This document shows, piece after piece, positions 1 through 10,072 of a DNA stretch of 64,000 bases. The notes under the pieces were generated by a model. It had not been told where the DNA came from. It saw nothing but the letters and a program-made list of their open reading frames with translations, and made no database searches. The position numbers and the translations under genes are program-made. The DNA is from Candidatus Haiyanarchaeum thermophilum (GTDB lineage: Archaea; Nanobdellota; Nanobdellia; JAPDLS01; Haiyanarchaeaceae), in assembly GCA_025920425.1 (NCBI GenBank), contig JAPDLS010000001.1, positions 92,288 through 156,287 on the forward strand, in the 5' to 3' direction. The first letter of the stretch is position 1; the number at the start of each line of letters is the position of its first letter.

Positions 1-157
1 TACTTTTTGAGCCACGATCTCAGAACCTTTGAAGTTTGGAATTCTTCCATCAAGTGGTAGGGGAAATCTGGCTACCCCTTTCTTCTCCAGCAATCTCCAT
101 ATATAGATTCTAATCTTCATCTTCTCCTCAGAGATTCCCATAAAGAAAGTTAATTTC

Positions 158-167
158 TTTATAAATA
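158..167 (+). promoter_or_regulatory. putative archaeal TATA box (TTTATAAATA) about 24 nt upstream of the ATG at 186; would give a leaderless or near-leaderless transcript
   Basis: AT-rich TATA-like octamer at the expected distance from the start codon; inference only. Confidence 0.3.
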
Positions 168-185
168 AAAAACATCTAAGTGTAT

Positions 186-938
186 ATGGAGCTCTTCCCT
201 GGAATGAGGATAATAAACAGCTTCCCAGCTCTCTATATAGAGCCATTAGATCTTTTAGTGATCTCAGATCTCCATCTGGGATTTGAAGGCATTATGAGTG
301 AACAGGGAGTTTTCTTGCCAAAGGTACAGTTTACCAAGCTCATAGAGATTATTGGAAAAGTTCTTCAGGAAGTTGAAGCTGAAAATTTATTGATAAACGG
401 AGACCTCAAGCATGAATTTAGTGAGACTACCTACCATGAGTTTAAAGAGGTAGGCGATTTTCTCACCTTTGCTAAAGAGAGATTTAAGAGAGTTATAGTG
501 ATAAAGGGGAATCATGATAACTTTATAATTTATGTGACTAAGAGATATGGAGCAGAGTTATATGATGAATTGAATCTGAGGGGTTTTTACTTCCTTCATG
601 GGCATAAACCAATTGATTGGAAGAGGAAGTTCAATTGTCTTATAATCGGGCATGAACATCCAAGTATCGTTTTGTTCGATGAGATTGGGGGTAAGGAAAA
701 GGTAAAGTGCTTTCTGTATGGTGAGGTGATGGGAAAGAAATTGATAGTTATGCCAGCTATGAGTTACTTTGCTTATGGGACAGATATTAATTTAATCCCG
801 CGAAGTGAGCTCCTCTCTCCAATTTTGAAAGAGATTGAGGTAGACTCGCTTAAAGCAGTAGGACTAATAGAGGGAGAACAACTCCTCAGGTTTCCGACCA
901 TTTTGGAACTTAAGAAGGCTCAAAGATTAGTGGAATAA
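186..938 (+). CDS. calcineurin-like metallophosphoesterase (COG1407-like)
   Basis: Translation carries the metallophosphoesterase motifs DLHLG, GDLKHEF and GNHD; ORF track begins at GTG 180, ATG at 186 is the more likely start. Confidence 0.6.
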   Translation: MELFPGMRIINSFPALYIEPLDLLVISDLHLGFEGIMSEQGVFLPKVQFTKLIEIIGKVLQEVEAENLLINGDLKHEFSETTYHEFKEVGDFLTFAKERFKRVIVIKGNHDNFIIYVTKRYGAELYDELNLRGFYFLHGHKPIDWKRKFNCLIIGHEHPSIVLFDEIGGKEKVKCFLYGEVMGKKLIVMPAMSYFAYGTDINLIPRSELLSPILKEIEVDSLKAVGLIEGEQLLRFPTILELKKAQRLVE

Positions 939-1023
939 GGTAATTTTTAGGGCAATACATAAAGCGTGAGTGTCTTACACTATTCTGATCCTCAGTTTTT
1001 GCAAGCAAGTCACAATTCGATGA

Positions 1024-1105
1024 CGCCGGGGCTGGGATTCGAACCCAGGAGGGCAAAGCCCACACGCTCTCAAGGCGTGCCCCTTAACCGCTTGGGTACC
1101 CCGGC
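1024..1105 (-). tRNA. tRNA-Ser (anticodon UGA), 82 nt, long variable arm
   Basis: Hand-folded cloverleaf: acceptor GCCGGGG/CCCCGGC, 3-bp D stem, anticodon stem CACGC/GCGTG with loop CTTGAGA, variable stem-loop GGGC-TTT-GCCC, T arm CTGGG-TTCGAAT-CCCAG, discriminator G. Confidence 0.85.
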
Positions 1106-1126
1106 TTATGAGAAAAAAATCCTGTG

Positions 1127-1136
1127 AATTTTTAAA
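1127..1136 (-). promoter_or_regulatory. putative TATA box (TTTAAAAATT) about 26 nt upstream of tRNA-Ser(UGA)
   Basis: AT-rich box at canonical archaeal spacing from the tRNA 5' end; the same arrangement recurs upstream of the other two tRNA-Ser genes. Confidence 0.35.
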
Positions 1137-1137
1137 C

Positions 1138-2136
1138 CTACTTCCTCTTTTTCCAAACCCTAGGATAAATATCTCTTGGCATTATTACCCTTTCCAGTTT
1201 TGCCACAATTCCTTTCTTAGCCTCGATCAAGCTTTCCCAATCCATCTGAGCTCTAGCTATGGCTACTAATTCTCCCTTCAAGGTCATAATAGCCAATATA
1301 TCATTGATCTCCCAGCCTGACTCAAACTTGACAACTCCAGGAACCATGAGGGGAGCTCCATAAGTGAGTGCCCCCACACTCGTATCACTCACATAAACTT
1401 TTGGTAAGTGGGCTACTGAGAATTCGCATGGGAGAATTAACTCAGCAATTTCTTTCTCATTTCCACTTTCCTTGAAAGAAAGGTAAGCCGCAGCTAATTT
1501 ATGAAGTGTAATAAGCTTTGTATTCTCATTGAATGCTCCAACCTTAGTCCTTCTCAGCTGTACCATATGTGCTCCCACTCCCAATTTTACACCTATGTCA
1601 TGGCATAATTTTCGAATATAGGTGCCTGATTCACATCCGATTTCTAAAAGTACATCTTTCCTCTCCACTTCTAAGATATTGATATAGTAGATCTCCCTTT
1701 CCCTCTCCACTCTTTTTGCTTTGGCCCTTACAGGAGGAATCTGCTTGATCTTGCCAACAAAACCTAGGATGGCTTCCCTCAACTTCTCAAATGGGACTTG
1801 AGAATGAAGATGCATGAGACATACATATTCCTTTCCAGCAAGCAGTAATGGTTTGATCAATTTCGTAGAATTTTGCAAGGCTACTGGTAATACTCCAGTG
1901 ACCTTCAAATCTAAAATTCCAGGATGTCCTGTTTTATCTAAATTAAGGATCCTCTTCACAAAATATGATACATTATGTGAACTTTGACCACTCGGCTTAT
2001 CTATATTCACGAATCCAAACTTCAACATTTCTGTAAGGTTTCTTTCTTCAGGAGGCTTCCCAAAAGAAGGATTCGATTCTTCCTCACGCTTTTCAATTAC
2101 CTCTCTCTTGACTTTCTCAAATGGAAGCAATCCCAT
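1138..2136 (-). CDS. cbf5: tRNA/rRNA pseudouridine synthase Cbf5 (H/ACA RNP catalytic subunit), apparently intron-free
   Basis: TruB-type motif GHPGILD, C-terminal PUA-like region, and conserved position downstream of L14e and cmk. Confidence 0.85.
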   Translation of the reverse strand: MGLLPFEKVKREVIEKREEESNPSFGKPPEERNLTEMLKFGFVNIDKPSGQSSHNVSYFVKRILNLDKTGHPGILDLKVTGVLPVALQNSTKLIKPLLLAGKEYVCLMHLHSQVPFEKLREAILGFVGKIKQIPPVRAKAKRVEREREIYYINILEVERKDVLLEIGCESGTYIRKLCHDIGVKLGVGAHMVQLRRTKVGAFNENTKLITLHKLAAAYLSFKESGNEKEIAELILPCEFSVAHLPKVYVSDTSVGALTYGAPLMVPGVVKFESGWEINDILAIMTLKGELVAIARAQMDWESLIEAKKGIVAKLERVIMPRDIYPRVWKKRK

Positions 2137-2378
2137 TATGGTTTGAGTACTCCTGCCTCAGTCAGCTTTTTCAGAATTTCTTCTTTACTCATCTCCTTCT
2201 TTACTTCCACCTTGGTTGGTAAAGGAGTTAAATGAGCTATGTTGCATCTCCTTCTTTTCACTTGCCCATCTACTAGCACAAAATTATCGTCTATGACTTC
2301 CAGTATCACGCAATATTTGCCTTTCTCATGCCCTTTTTCTTTTCTACATACTCTTCCTACTTCGATCATCTCTTCCAC
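2136..2378 (-). CDS. rpl14e: 50S ribosomal protein L14e
   Basis: 80-aa KOW-type basic protein (GRVCRKEKGHEKGKYCVILEV) in the conserved cmk-L14e-cbf5 context. Confidence 0.8.
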   Translation of the reverse strand: MEEMIEVGRVCRKEKGHEKGKYCVILEVIDDNFVLVDGQVKRRRCNIAHLTPLPTKVEVKKEMSKEEILKKLTEAGVLKP

Positions 2379-2932
2379 CTCTTCACATATTCTTCAACAA
2401 CAGCTTCAACATCAGCTAATGAGAGATAAGTAGTATCTATTACTAAATGGAAAGGGGAGAGATCCTCTCCAAGTTTAATCCCATACAACTTGAAATATAA
2501 TTCCTTATTCTTCTCGTCCCTTTCCTGAATTATCTTTTTAGCTACTTCTATATCTATTTTGTCCCTTAAGCTCATCCTCCTAGCTCTTTCATTTTCAGAA
2601 ACCTTTAACCAGATCTTGATAAATTCATCATTAGTAAGCCAAGGAAGGGTCCAGCTCGTTACTACACAAAATTCCTTTTCTATAAGCTTTTTGAGCTCTT
2701 CATCCACTTTTCTATCTATTTCTAACTTTCTCTCCCTCTCCTTTAGAAATTTCAAACCTTCCTCAGAATCCCAGAAATCTATATCTTCTGTATGTTCAAA
2801 ACCCATCTCTTTGGCAAATTTTCTCAAGATTTCTCCCCCTCCATAATAATTGATTCCAAACTTTTTTGCCAAACCCTTAGCTAGTGATGTCTTGCCTACG
2901 CAAGCTAAGCCTGAAATAATTATAGATCTCAT
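2366..2932 (-). CDS. cmk: cytidylate kinase, archaeal type
   Basis: P-loop GLACVGKTS at the N-terminus, about 188 aa, conserved neighbourhood. Confidence 0.8.
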   Translation of the reverse strand: MRSIIISGLACVGKTSLAKGLAKKFGINYYGGGEILRKFAKEMGFEHTEDIDFWDSEEGLKFLKERERKLEIDRKVDEELKKLIEKEFCVVTSWTLPWLTNDEFIKIWLKVSENERARRMSLRDKIDIEVAKKIIQERDEKNKELYFKLYGIKLGEDLSPFHLVIDTTYLSLADVEAVVEEYVKRWKR

Positions 2933-2941
2933 AAAGAATAT

Positions 2942-3325
2942 CTAAAACCCAAAATCTTTAATAAATTTCGTCCTCCTCAACACCACTTTCAGGAGAATCG
3001 AGAAGAGGAGGGAAATCAAAACGAAGAGGAAGACATGCTTAGCTAGATTGAAAAAGGAGAGCCCAATTATAACAATCAAGATGGAAGGGAAAGATGCCAA
3101 TATACTTTTTCCTACCAATCTTTTTGTGAATTCCTTGCTCAGTGCAATCATCTTGTTATTTAACTCACTTAGCTCGACACTTCCTTCTAGTATCTTCTTC
3201 TGCATTGTATTTAACTCTCTCCTTATCTCCATCAATACCCTATCCCTCCCCAGCAGATACTGATATACTACAATATTTAGGGAGGCAGAGATTAGGGCTA
3301 AAGCCACGATAAATAATTCTTCCAT
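2942..3325 (-). CDS. small membrane protein (occupies the slot where archaea usually encode a DUF106/YidC-like protein)
   Basis: Two hydrophobic segments flanking a charged coiled-coil-like stretch; no motif-level assignment. Confidence 0.3.
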   Translation of the reverse strand: MEELFIVALALISASLNIVVYQYLLGRDRVLMEIRRELNTMQKKILEGSVELSELNNKMIALSKEFTKRLVGKSILASFPSILIVIIGLSFFNLAKHVFLFVLISLLFSILLKVVLRRTKFIKDFGF

Positions 3326-3326
3326 T

Positions 3327-4730
3327 TCAACCAGCCAAGAATTTCCTGATTGACGGATGGATTTCCTCTAGATGCATCCTCGTGATCTGCTCGTAGAGGG
3401 AATAAATGATCATCACCGAAAGCAGTATTCCTGTTCCCCTAGAAAGGGCTCCTAGGACATCGGCTATTGTAGCTAAGAGTCCTACTACGAAACCTCCCAA
3501 AATGGCTAGAGAGTAGATGTACTTAGAAAGTATTTGTTCTATAATTGGCTTAGAACTCCTAAATCCTGGAATGAGCAACCCACTCGAAATTATCTGGTCA
3601 GCTATGCTGCTTGGATCTTGCCCTCCAATTTCCACCCAGAGGTAAGAGAAGAACATAGACCCTATCATCATGAGAGATCCGTAGACAAGAATTGAGATAA
3701 GATGATCCCATTTGGGATTTGTTAACATCTCTGTGAGGTGAGGAACATTGAGATATTTCACTAAGCCACTAGCAGGGACTTCCCTCCTCTGCCCCCCAAT
3801 TTCCACCACTTCATAAGTTCCCAGGATCGGGAGATTTGCATGGTATAGCATTACTCCCCACACTTCAAGACTTGCTATGAGAGAAGCTACGAGGATCACA
3901 GGGATGTTACTTGTATAGAGTAGGTTAAGTGGCCATTTGATCGAGAATCCACCAACCCTCCCAAAGCTTAGCGGAATTTCTACCCTTACACTCTGGAAAT
4001 ATGTGGAAAGGAAGAAAATGAGGAGAGTAGCACACAAAGCCACAATTCCGAATGTAAACACATCTGCTGCTTGGGGAGATGATGAAAGGAATGAATAGAT
4101 AATATTTGGAATTATTCCTATTGGTCCTGATTGAGTAGTTATTGGAGAAAAGGCCGAGACGAAGATTTCCCTAGCTACTCCTGCCACGATAAATAGAGAA
4201 ATTCCAGACCCTATCCCCCACTTGCTGGCTACTTCATCTAGAAACATGAGGAGAAATCCACCGACGACCAACTGAGAGATGAGGAGAAATTGGTTCCAGA
4301 GAGTAGGTTGGGCTGGCATGAGAGCTCCACTTAACACATAAATAGAATTCTCAAAGAGGATAAAGAACACTGTAAATACTGTTTGAAATTCTTGGTACCT
4401 CTTCCTTCCTTCCTTACTTTTTAAGTCCACCTTAATTACATCTGCTCCTACCAGAAGTTGGAGGAAGATGCTGCCAGTAACTATCGGTCCTATTCCCAAA
4501 CTCAGGATGGAACCAAAGCTTGCAGCCAGCAATACAGCTAGAGCTTCAAATCGAGCCACTTGCTCGGGATGAAGCCCGTACAATGGAGTCATGGAGAGTA
4601 AATAGAAGAGGAAGAGCACTATTAAAGTCCATTTCAACTTCTCGTTCAAACTCAATCTTACCTTGGGCCCATCTATTTCCGGGACCAGTGAGGCTATCCT
4701 ACTTATTACATCCAATGATCTCCCCTCCAA
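3327..4730 (-). CDS. secY: preprotein translocase subunit SecY
   Basis: 467-aa polytopic membrane protein with SecY-like N-terminus, positioned immediately after L15. Confidence 0.9.
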   Translation of the reverse strand: MEGRSLDVISRIASLVPEIDGPKVRLSLNEKLKWTLIVLFLFYLLSMTPLYGLHPEQVARFEALAVLLAASFGSILSLGIGPIVTGSIFLQLLVGADVIKVDLKSKEGRKRYQEFQTVFTVFFILFENSIYVLSGALMPAQPTLWNQFLLISQLVVGGFLLMFLDEVASKWGIGSGISLFIVAGVAREIFVSAFSPITTQSGPIGIIPNIIYSFLSSSPQAADVFTFGIVALCATLLIFFLSTYFQSVRVEIPLSFGRVGGFSIKWPLNLLYTSNIPVILVASLIASLEVWGVMLYHANLPILGTYEVVEIGGQRREVPASGLVKYLNVPHLTEMLTNPKWDHLISILVYGSLMMIGSMFFSYLWVEIGGQDPSSIADQIISSGLLIPGFRSSKPIIEQILSKYIYSLAILGGFVVGLLATIADVLGALSRGTGILLSVMIIYSLYEQITRMHLEEIHPSIRKFLAG

Positions 4731-5130
4731 GTGCCTTGACCTTTTCCAGAGCTCCTCTTGAGCATTTTCTGATCTTAAGCTTTACTTTTCTCCCAAATGG
4801 TTCAAATTTTCCCCCTATAAGCTTTGTATAACCCATGCTATCTAAATCGAGCATGATTTCCTCTCCACAGCCTTCTTTCACCTTCTCCTCTATCAGTTTA
4901 GTAACCTCGGTTAAAGTAATTTCTACTTCCCCATTCCTCTTTACTTTAAGAGATTTGAATCCCCTCTTTCCAAGTTCCCCCAAATAAGAGAACTTCTTAT
5001 GCTTACCCCTCTTTCCTACTCCAGCCCTTCCCCTCCCTCCTCTGCTTCCTCCACCCCTCCTTTTATCCCCAAGCTTTCTTTCCTTTCCTCTCTTCTTTCT
5101 ACTCTTCTTCTCCTTTCTCTTTGTGATCAT
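4699..5130 (-). CDS. rpl15: 50S ribosomal protein L15 (uL15)
   Basis: Gly/Arg/Lys-rich N-terminus (GGGSRGGRGRAGVGKRGK) and spc-operon position. Confidence 0.85.
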   Translation of the reverse strand: MITKRKEKKSRKKRGKERKLGDKRRGGGSRGGRGRAGVGKRGKHKKFSYLGELGKRGFKSLKVKRNGEVEITLTEVTKLIEEKVKEGCGEEIMLDLDSMGYTKLIGGKFEPFGRKVKLKIRKCSRGALEKVKALGGEIIGCNK

Positions 5131-5591
5131 ATCATCCTCCTCAACAATTCATTTATCTTCACTCCTCTATAGCCTAGGGCTCCTCCCACCTTAAATGGCT
5201 GCTTTATTCCCTTTCTCTCAAAACCTCCACTAGGAGGAGCAAGCCTGAACACTTCCTTGATTCCGAAATCTCTGAGCTCACATTTGAATTGCATGAAATC
5301 CTCCACGATTTGCGAGATATTCTTCCCAGTTCTCTCTTTCATGAGTTCATCACTTAATCTCTTCTTTCCTATCCTTCCCCTCTTCCTTAGAAGAGCTTCC
5401 ATAGTTTCCCTATCTATTTCTCCCCAAGTTACGTAATTTTCTACCTTCTTCAGCATTCCCAGAATAGATGGTACATCCTTAACTATTACACAGTTATATT
5501 TTCTTTTCAAGTTAAGCAATTCCAGAGTCCTTTTAATATCTGGGCTTACTCCAACCCTTCCTCTTATCCGGATTACTGCTATTCGTCTCAT
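5127..5591 (-). CDS. rpl30: 50S ribosomal protein L30 (uL30)
   Basis: Starts MRRIAVIRIRG..., about 154 aa, between S5 and L15. Confidence 0.85.
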   Translation of the reverse strand: MRRIAVIRIRGRVGVSPDIKRTLELLNLKRKYNCVIVKDVPSILGMLKKVENYVTWGEIDRETMEALLRKRGRIGKKRLSDELMKERTGKNISQIVEDFMQFKCELRDFGIKEVFRLAPPSGGFERKGIKQPFKVGGALGYRGVKINELLRRMI

Positions 5592-5592
5592 C

Positions 5593-6285
5593 TCAAGTTT
5601 TAATTCGGGAAAGATTCTTTAAGGCCTCGAAACATGCAAAGATGAGATTAATTCTAGTTCTAGTTTCTCCAAATGTCTGGCTCCACACATCCTTGATTCC
5701 TGCCAACTCCAAGATACGTTTGCATTCCTCACCAATACAAAGTCCAAGCCCTCTCGGAGCTGGCTTTAGGATGACGCGAACGCTTCCCACTTTGCCTTCA
5801 GTCTTGAACGGAATACTGTGCTCTCTTCCACAACCACATTCCCAAGAGCCGCACCCCCTCTTTACCTTGATTATATTTAGCTTTGCATTTCTTAGTGCTT
5901 TTTCCCTAGCTATTACAGATTCTCTACCACTTCCCAATCCTACTCCTACATATCCGTCCCTATTACCTACTACTGCCGCACAGGTGAACTTTGAGACACT
6001 TCCCTCAGCTGTCTTTCTTTGAGTCACCCTAAAGATCTTCCTCCTTCCCCCTCCAAATTTACCTTTAGCCTGTCCTATGAGGAGAAAATCATACTCTAGA
6101 TTGGGTAAGAGAGTATCTACTATTTCCACCTCCTTTATCCTTATCCCTCTTGCCAAGATTTCATCTATGTTCCTAATCTTCCCTTCCTTCACGAGTCTCC
6201 CTATTTCCGTTTTAGGAATCCATTCCTTTTCAGGAGGTTTAACTATCTCCAGTTTCTCTTCCTCTCCTCTTTCACTTTCCTCCAT
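5593..6285 (-). CDS. rps5: 30S ribosomal protein S5 (uS5)
   Basis: S5 fold signature ([20 protein letters not shown]) and operon position. Confidence 0.9.
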   Translation of the reverse strand: MEESERGEEEKLEIVKPPEKEWIPKTEIGRLVKEGKIRNIDEILARGIRIKEVEIVDTLLPNLEYDFLLIGQAKGKFGGGRRKIFRVTQRKTAEGSVSKFTCAAVVGNRDGYVGVGLGSGRESVIAREKALRNAKLNIIKVKRGCGSWECGCGREHSIPFKTEGKVGSVRVILKPAPRGLGLCIGEECKRILELAGIKDVWSQTFGETRTRINLIFACFEALKNLSRIKT

Positions 6286-6874
6286 TTCCTAACTCCTCCA
6301 AGATCCTATGTTTTACCTCTTCGAAATGGGCTGGAAGTTTTATTGGATCCAATCCCTTTCTAATATACTCGGAGAATATCTTATTAAATTCTTGCTTTTT
6401 GAGCTCCTTGAGGCTCCTAGCATAATTGGCTATATGCTCCCCTCTGATCCTGTTCTCATCTGGGAGGATTTCAGGAGAGTGGGGGATGTGGATGCCAGCA
6501 TCTAGTGCCCCTTTTAGGGAAGCATAGAGGGCAGAACCCTTTGTACTCCTATAAATTCCAATATCCAGAATTGCATCTGTAATGCCCAACTGCTTAGCCC
6601 TCAACCCAGAGAGTAAACCTGTGAGATAGGCTGCTGGAAGATTACCAGGGTGTCCAAGATATCCAAATCTTGCCAGTTCTTTCGAGTGAGCTGATACGAG
6701 AGTTTTATCACCATTTGGAGAATACTGTATGAACTGACAGGTAATATATCTGTTTGATTTCCTAACTACAAATCTCAACCTTCCTGAAAGTAAGAGTCTC
6801 AACCTTTTCCTATAATTCGTTTTTCCTTCCCTCCTCCTTCTGAACTTTACCACGTATCTTGCGGTTAACGCCAT
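6272..6874 (-). CDS. rpl18: 50S ribosomal protein L18 (uL18)
   Basis: N-terminus [13 protein letters not shown] typical of L18; operon position. Confidence 0.85.
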   Translation of the reverse strand: MALTARYVVKFRRRREGKTNYRKRLRLLLSGRLRFVVRKSNRYITCQFIQYSPNGDKTLVSAHSKELARFGYLGHPGNLPAAYLTGLLSGLRAKQLGITDAILDIGIYRSTKGSALYASLKGALDAGIHIPHSPEILPDENRIRGEHIANYARSLKELKKQEFNKIFSEYIRKGLDPIKLPAHFEEVKHRILEELGNGGK

Positions 6875-7323
6875 TTCTTCTCCCCAAGCTCTTTCTCTAG
6901 GAAAAGCTTCAGATGATGAAGAGATTTAAATTCTCCCCCCTTGATCTTTCTATATGCTATCTCAAATAACTTCTTATCTATCAACCTCTTCTTCTTTAAG
7001 AATTTGAGAAATCTTCTCTGCTTCCTTACAGTATTCACCCACCTCTCCTTCTTGCCAGTTCTAGCTCCCCTTTTTCCCTTTCTCTTTCCAATACCTCTCC
7101 TCCTTCCTTTCTTCCTTTGCTCATGCCTCTCCCTAGCCCTAGCCCTTGATGTCCCCTTCACAGGCCTAGCTGAGATAATGCCCTTCTTTATTAATTTCCT
7201 TATATCCTCACTGGTCACAGCTTCACTGATCTCTTTCAGCTTAGTTGGGTCAAGCCAGATCCTATTCTCACCTACGCCTAGCAACCTAGCTGCTATCTTC
7301 CTCTGGAGGCTTAGCTTCTTCAC
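6865..7323 (-). CDS. rpl19e: 50S ribosomal protein L19e
   Basis: [27 protein letters not shown]-terminus, very basic, operon position. Confidence 0.85.
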   Translation of the reverse strand: MKKLSLQRKIAARLLGVGENRIWLDPTKLKEISEAVTSEDIRKLIKKGIISARPVKGTSRARARERHEQRKKGRRRGIGKRKGKRGARTGKKERWVNTVRKQRRFLKFLKKKRLIDKKLFEIAYRKIKGGEFKSLHHLKLFLEKELGEKKWR

Positions 7324-7741
7324 CAGTCTTCACCTCCTTCAAGAGTTCAGGCTTTACGTTAGCGATTTTAAATCCAAGTTCAAGAGCTCTTTTAACGATT
7401 TCCATTTTCTTCTTCTTTCCTACCCTGCTTGAAATCTTTAGGATATGTTTCTTAGGATCTAGATCGGTAAGTACATTCGGATTTTCCACTACACGTTCGA
7501 CTAGTCCGCATGGATGGAGCCCCCTTACTGCTTTCGGCTTTCTATATCCAACCTCAGGCATAGGGGATACGTAACATTTCCTCAATCTCTGCCTACTTCC
7601 AGAACCTCGAGGCCTTCTCCACACTTCCTCAAGTCTCTTTCTTCTATGAGATTCTCTCCTCAGGAACTTTGGCTTTTTCCTCCTTAACTTTCTCCTCACC
7701 CTAAGTAGCCTTTCCACATTTTTCGATAATATAGATTCCAT
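7286..7741 (-). CDS. rpl32e: 50S ribosomal protein L32e
   Basis: Basic N-terminus followed by a conserved L32e-like core; operon position. Confidence 0.8.
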   Translation of the reverse strand: MESILSKNVERLLRVRRKLRRKKPKFLRRESHRRKRLEEVWRRPRGSGSRQRLRKCYVSPMPEVGYRKPKAVRGLHPCGLVERVVENPNVLTDLDPKKHILKISSRVGKKKKMEIVKRALELGFKIANVKPELLKEVKTGEEAKPPEEDSS

Positions 7742-8243
7742 CTTGGAAGACCCTCCTATCTAGTCCTCTTATTCGGGTAGCCTTCTCTATATTTGCGGCA
7801 GTCTGACCTGCAGCTTCTTTATCTATACCAAATACTATAATTTCATCCCCAATTACTCGCACTGAAGTGTTTCCTACTATTTTTGCTATCCTCGGCTGCT
7901 TTTGTCCCATGAAATTTTCTATTATTACTTCATTTCCTACCACTTTGACAGTCATTGGAAAGTGGGAGAAACAGATCTTTAGCTTGTAAGTAAATCCTTG
8001 AGTTACGCCAGTGATCATGTTCTTTACATGAGCCAAAACAGTTTTCATCAACTTCTTATATTTCCTATTCTCCTCTTCAGAGGAGATACGAAATTCCTTT
8101 CCTTCAATTGAAATTTCAATCCCTTTCATCAATTTGAATTCCCTTTCCGTCCTTCCAAGTTTTCCATCTACCACGATTTTCCCATTCTCATACTTTACCT
8201 CCACTCCCTCAGGAATTTGAAGTTTGTAGCTCAACATTTTCAA
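7701..8243 (-). CDS. rpl6: 50S ribosomal protein L6 (uL6)
   Basis: Two-domain L6-like sequence, about 180 aa, operon position. Confidence 0.85.
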   Translation of the reverse strand: MKMLSYKLQIPEGVEVKYENGKIVVDGKLGRTEREFKLMKGIEISIEGKEFRISSEEENRKYKKLMKTVLAHVKNMITGVTQGFTYKLKICFSHFPMTVKVVGNEVIIENFMGQKQPRIAKIVGNTSVRVIGDEIIVFGIDKEAAGQTAANIEKATRIRGLDRRVFQDGIYIIEKCGKAT

Positions 8244-8635
8244 TAGACATATGCCACCAATACCCCTCCGATCCCCTTCTCCTTAGCCTCCCTATGGGTC
8301 ATTATACCCTTAGAAGTGGACACTATCAAAATTCCAAAGTCTCTAGAAAGCAAATACCTCTTTTCATATTTCTCAAACTCATCAAGCTTGCAGAAGTATC
8401 TTGGCTTTATTACATTGCAATTGTTGATCCTTCCTCTCAATTTTACTTTCACCACTCCTCCCCTCTCATCATTGATCACCTCAAAATCCTCTATATATTT
8501 ATGTTCCTTCATTATAGTAAGAATGCTCTGAATCAATTTAGATGCAGGTTTAAATTCAACTTCCCTCTTCCCGATCCTATCAGCGATCTTAATTTCATTT
8601 AACAGATCGGCTAATGGATCCATTCTCATGCTCAC
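8240..8635 (-). CDS. rps8: 30S ribosomal protein S8 (uS8)
   Basis: [14 protein letters not shown]-terminus typical of S8; operon position. Confidence 0.9.
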   Translation of the reverse strand: MSMRMDPLADLLNEIKIADRIGKREVEFKPASKLIQSILTIMKEHKYIEDFEVINDERGGVVKVKLRGRINNCNVIKPRYFCKLDEFEKYEKRYLLSRDFGILIVSTSKGIMTHREAKEKGIGGVLVAYVY

Positions 8636-8871
8636 ACCTCATGTCCATATTTTTTGAATCCGAGCTCAGGAGCTACTTCCCTGAAGCATTGCCTGCACAG
8701 ATTCAATCCATACCTCCTTATTAGGGCTTGCCTCCTTCCACATCGTATACACCTCCTACTTCCCTTCCCGAACTTTCTCTCTTTAGGCTTATTATATTTT
8801 AGAAACCTTGCTACCTTTGCCTTCTTATGAATTATTTGCTTCAGTATCTTCTCATAATCTTCCATAACCAT
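8632..8871 (-). CDS. rps14: 30S ribosomal protein S14 (uS14, zinc-binding type); N-terminus possibly shorter than the ORF
   Basis: C-terminal zinc-ribbon core [31 protein letters not shown]; ORF is longer than typical archaeal S14. Confidence 0.75.
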   Translation of the reverse strand: MVMEDYEKILKQIIHKKAKVARFLKYNKPKERKFGKGSRRCIRCGRRQALIRRYGLNLCRQCFREVAPELGFKKYGHEV

Positions 8872-9383
8872 TATACCACCTTTACTCCAAATTGCTTTAC
8901 TATGAAATTTATTGCCTCCTCCTTAGTAATCCTATGAGTTTTCCCTACCTTAGCCTTTTTGTACTTCCTTCTCTCCACTCTGAAACCTGGCCTACTCAAC
9001 TTGATCGCCACACTTACTCCTACTACTCCCAAAGATGGATCATAGGCTACTCCTGGAATGTGAAGATACTCCGGAATTCCAAAGTTGATATTTCCATTGT
9101 TATCAAACCACTCACGTTTGAGTGTATTATCTACTGCCTTGAGCAATCTCGGGAGGAGCTGGAGAGCTTCCTTTCCCCTTAGAGTTACCTTTACTCCTAT
9201 TTCCAGTCCCGGCCTTATCCCAAATTCAGGGATCCTCTTCTTCGCTAAAGTTTTCACAGCTCTTTTCTGGGTAATCCTCTCGAGCAACTTTTTGCATTTC
9301 TCAAGCTTTTCTCCAGGTTCCCCCACTCCAATGTTCAATACGAGCTTTTCCACTCTGATTTCCCTCATTGGGTTCATACACAT
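8871..9383 (-). CDS. rpl5: 50S ribosomal protein L5 (uL5)
   Basis: L5-like sequence (VLNIGVGE...), about 170 aa, operon position. Confidence 0.9.
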   Translation of the reverse strand: MCMNPMREIRVEKLVLNIGVGEPGEKLEKCKKLLERITQKRAVKTLAKKRIPEFGIRPGLEIGVKVTLRGKEALQLLPRLLKAVDNTLKREWFDNNGNINFGIPEYLHIPGVAYDPSLGVVGVSVAIKLSRPGFRVERRKYKKAKVGKTHRITKEEAINFIVKQFGVKVV

Positions 9384-10072
9384 TTCACCTCAGGTTTTTC
9401 CTTACCTACTGCTATTACATTCTCGATTGATGCTGTGAAGCTCTTTCCCTCTTCATCTCTTAAGTTCAAGCTTTTTCCCGAGATGCCCTCCACCCTAGCC
9501 AACTTTCCCGAATGCTCACCTCCCAGTACTAGTACCAAACTCCCTTCTTCCAGTGGAATATACTTCACAATTTGCTGAGAAGGAAGCTGGAGCAGGAGAG
9601 AGGATTGAGTGTGATATAGTTTAGAGAGATTATAATCTACGAGCACGTTTCTTCCATCATGCAAATTGAGTTGAAGCCTTCTTCCCTTCAATCTTCTCTT
9701 TCCAATGATCTTACAGATCTTCAAATTCCTCTCCCCTTCCGGAATTTCGATTAATTTAATCCTTCTCTTCCTATCTATTCCTATCCTATAGATGAGTTTT
9801 AGCTTTGGAATTTCTAGAAGATCCATGAAGCCAACTGGAAATTTATAATCCTTCCTAGGCACGCAGTCGACCAATACTTCTCCCGCATTTAGAATCCGTT
9901 TTCCTTCTCTAGCGTTTTTTACGAGCTTGAGGATATCCCTCAAGATAAGGAGGAGGGGCATACATCTTTCCAGCTTATGTCTTCCTGGCGATGGTCTCAC
10001 AGTGAACTTATAGGTCTTTCTCTCGATGATCCAAGTGCTAGGGGCACTCAGTCTCTTAAGATGTCTCTTCAT
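9374..10072 (-). CDS. rps4e: 30S ribosomal protein S4e
   Basis: HLKRLSAPSTW N-terminus typical of S4e, about 232 aa. Confidence 0.9.
   Translation of the reverse strand: MKRHLKRLSAPSTWIIERKTYKFTVRPSPGRHKLERCMPLLLILRDILKLVKNAREGKRILNAGEVLVDCVPRKDYKFPVGFMDLLEIPKLKLIYRIGIDRKRRIKLIEIPEGERNLKICKIIGKRRLKGRRLQLNLHDGRNVLVDYNLSKLYHTQSSLLLQLPSQQIVKYIPLEEGSLVLVLGGEHSGKLARVEGISGKSLNLRDEEGKSFTASIENVIAVGKEKPEVKCV

Noticed and set aside
180-938. Mre11-type DNA repair nuclease
   Set aside because: The DLHLG and GNHD motifs fit, but the protein is only about 250 aa and lacks the Mre11 C-terminal capping region, so a generic metallophosphoesterase call is safer.
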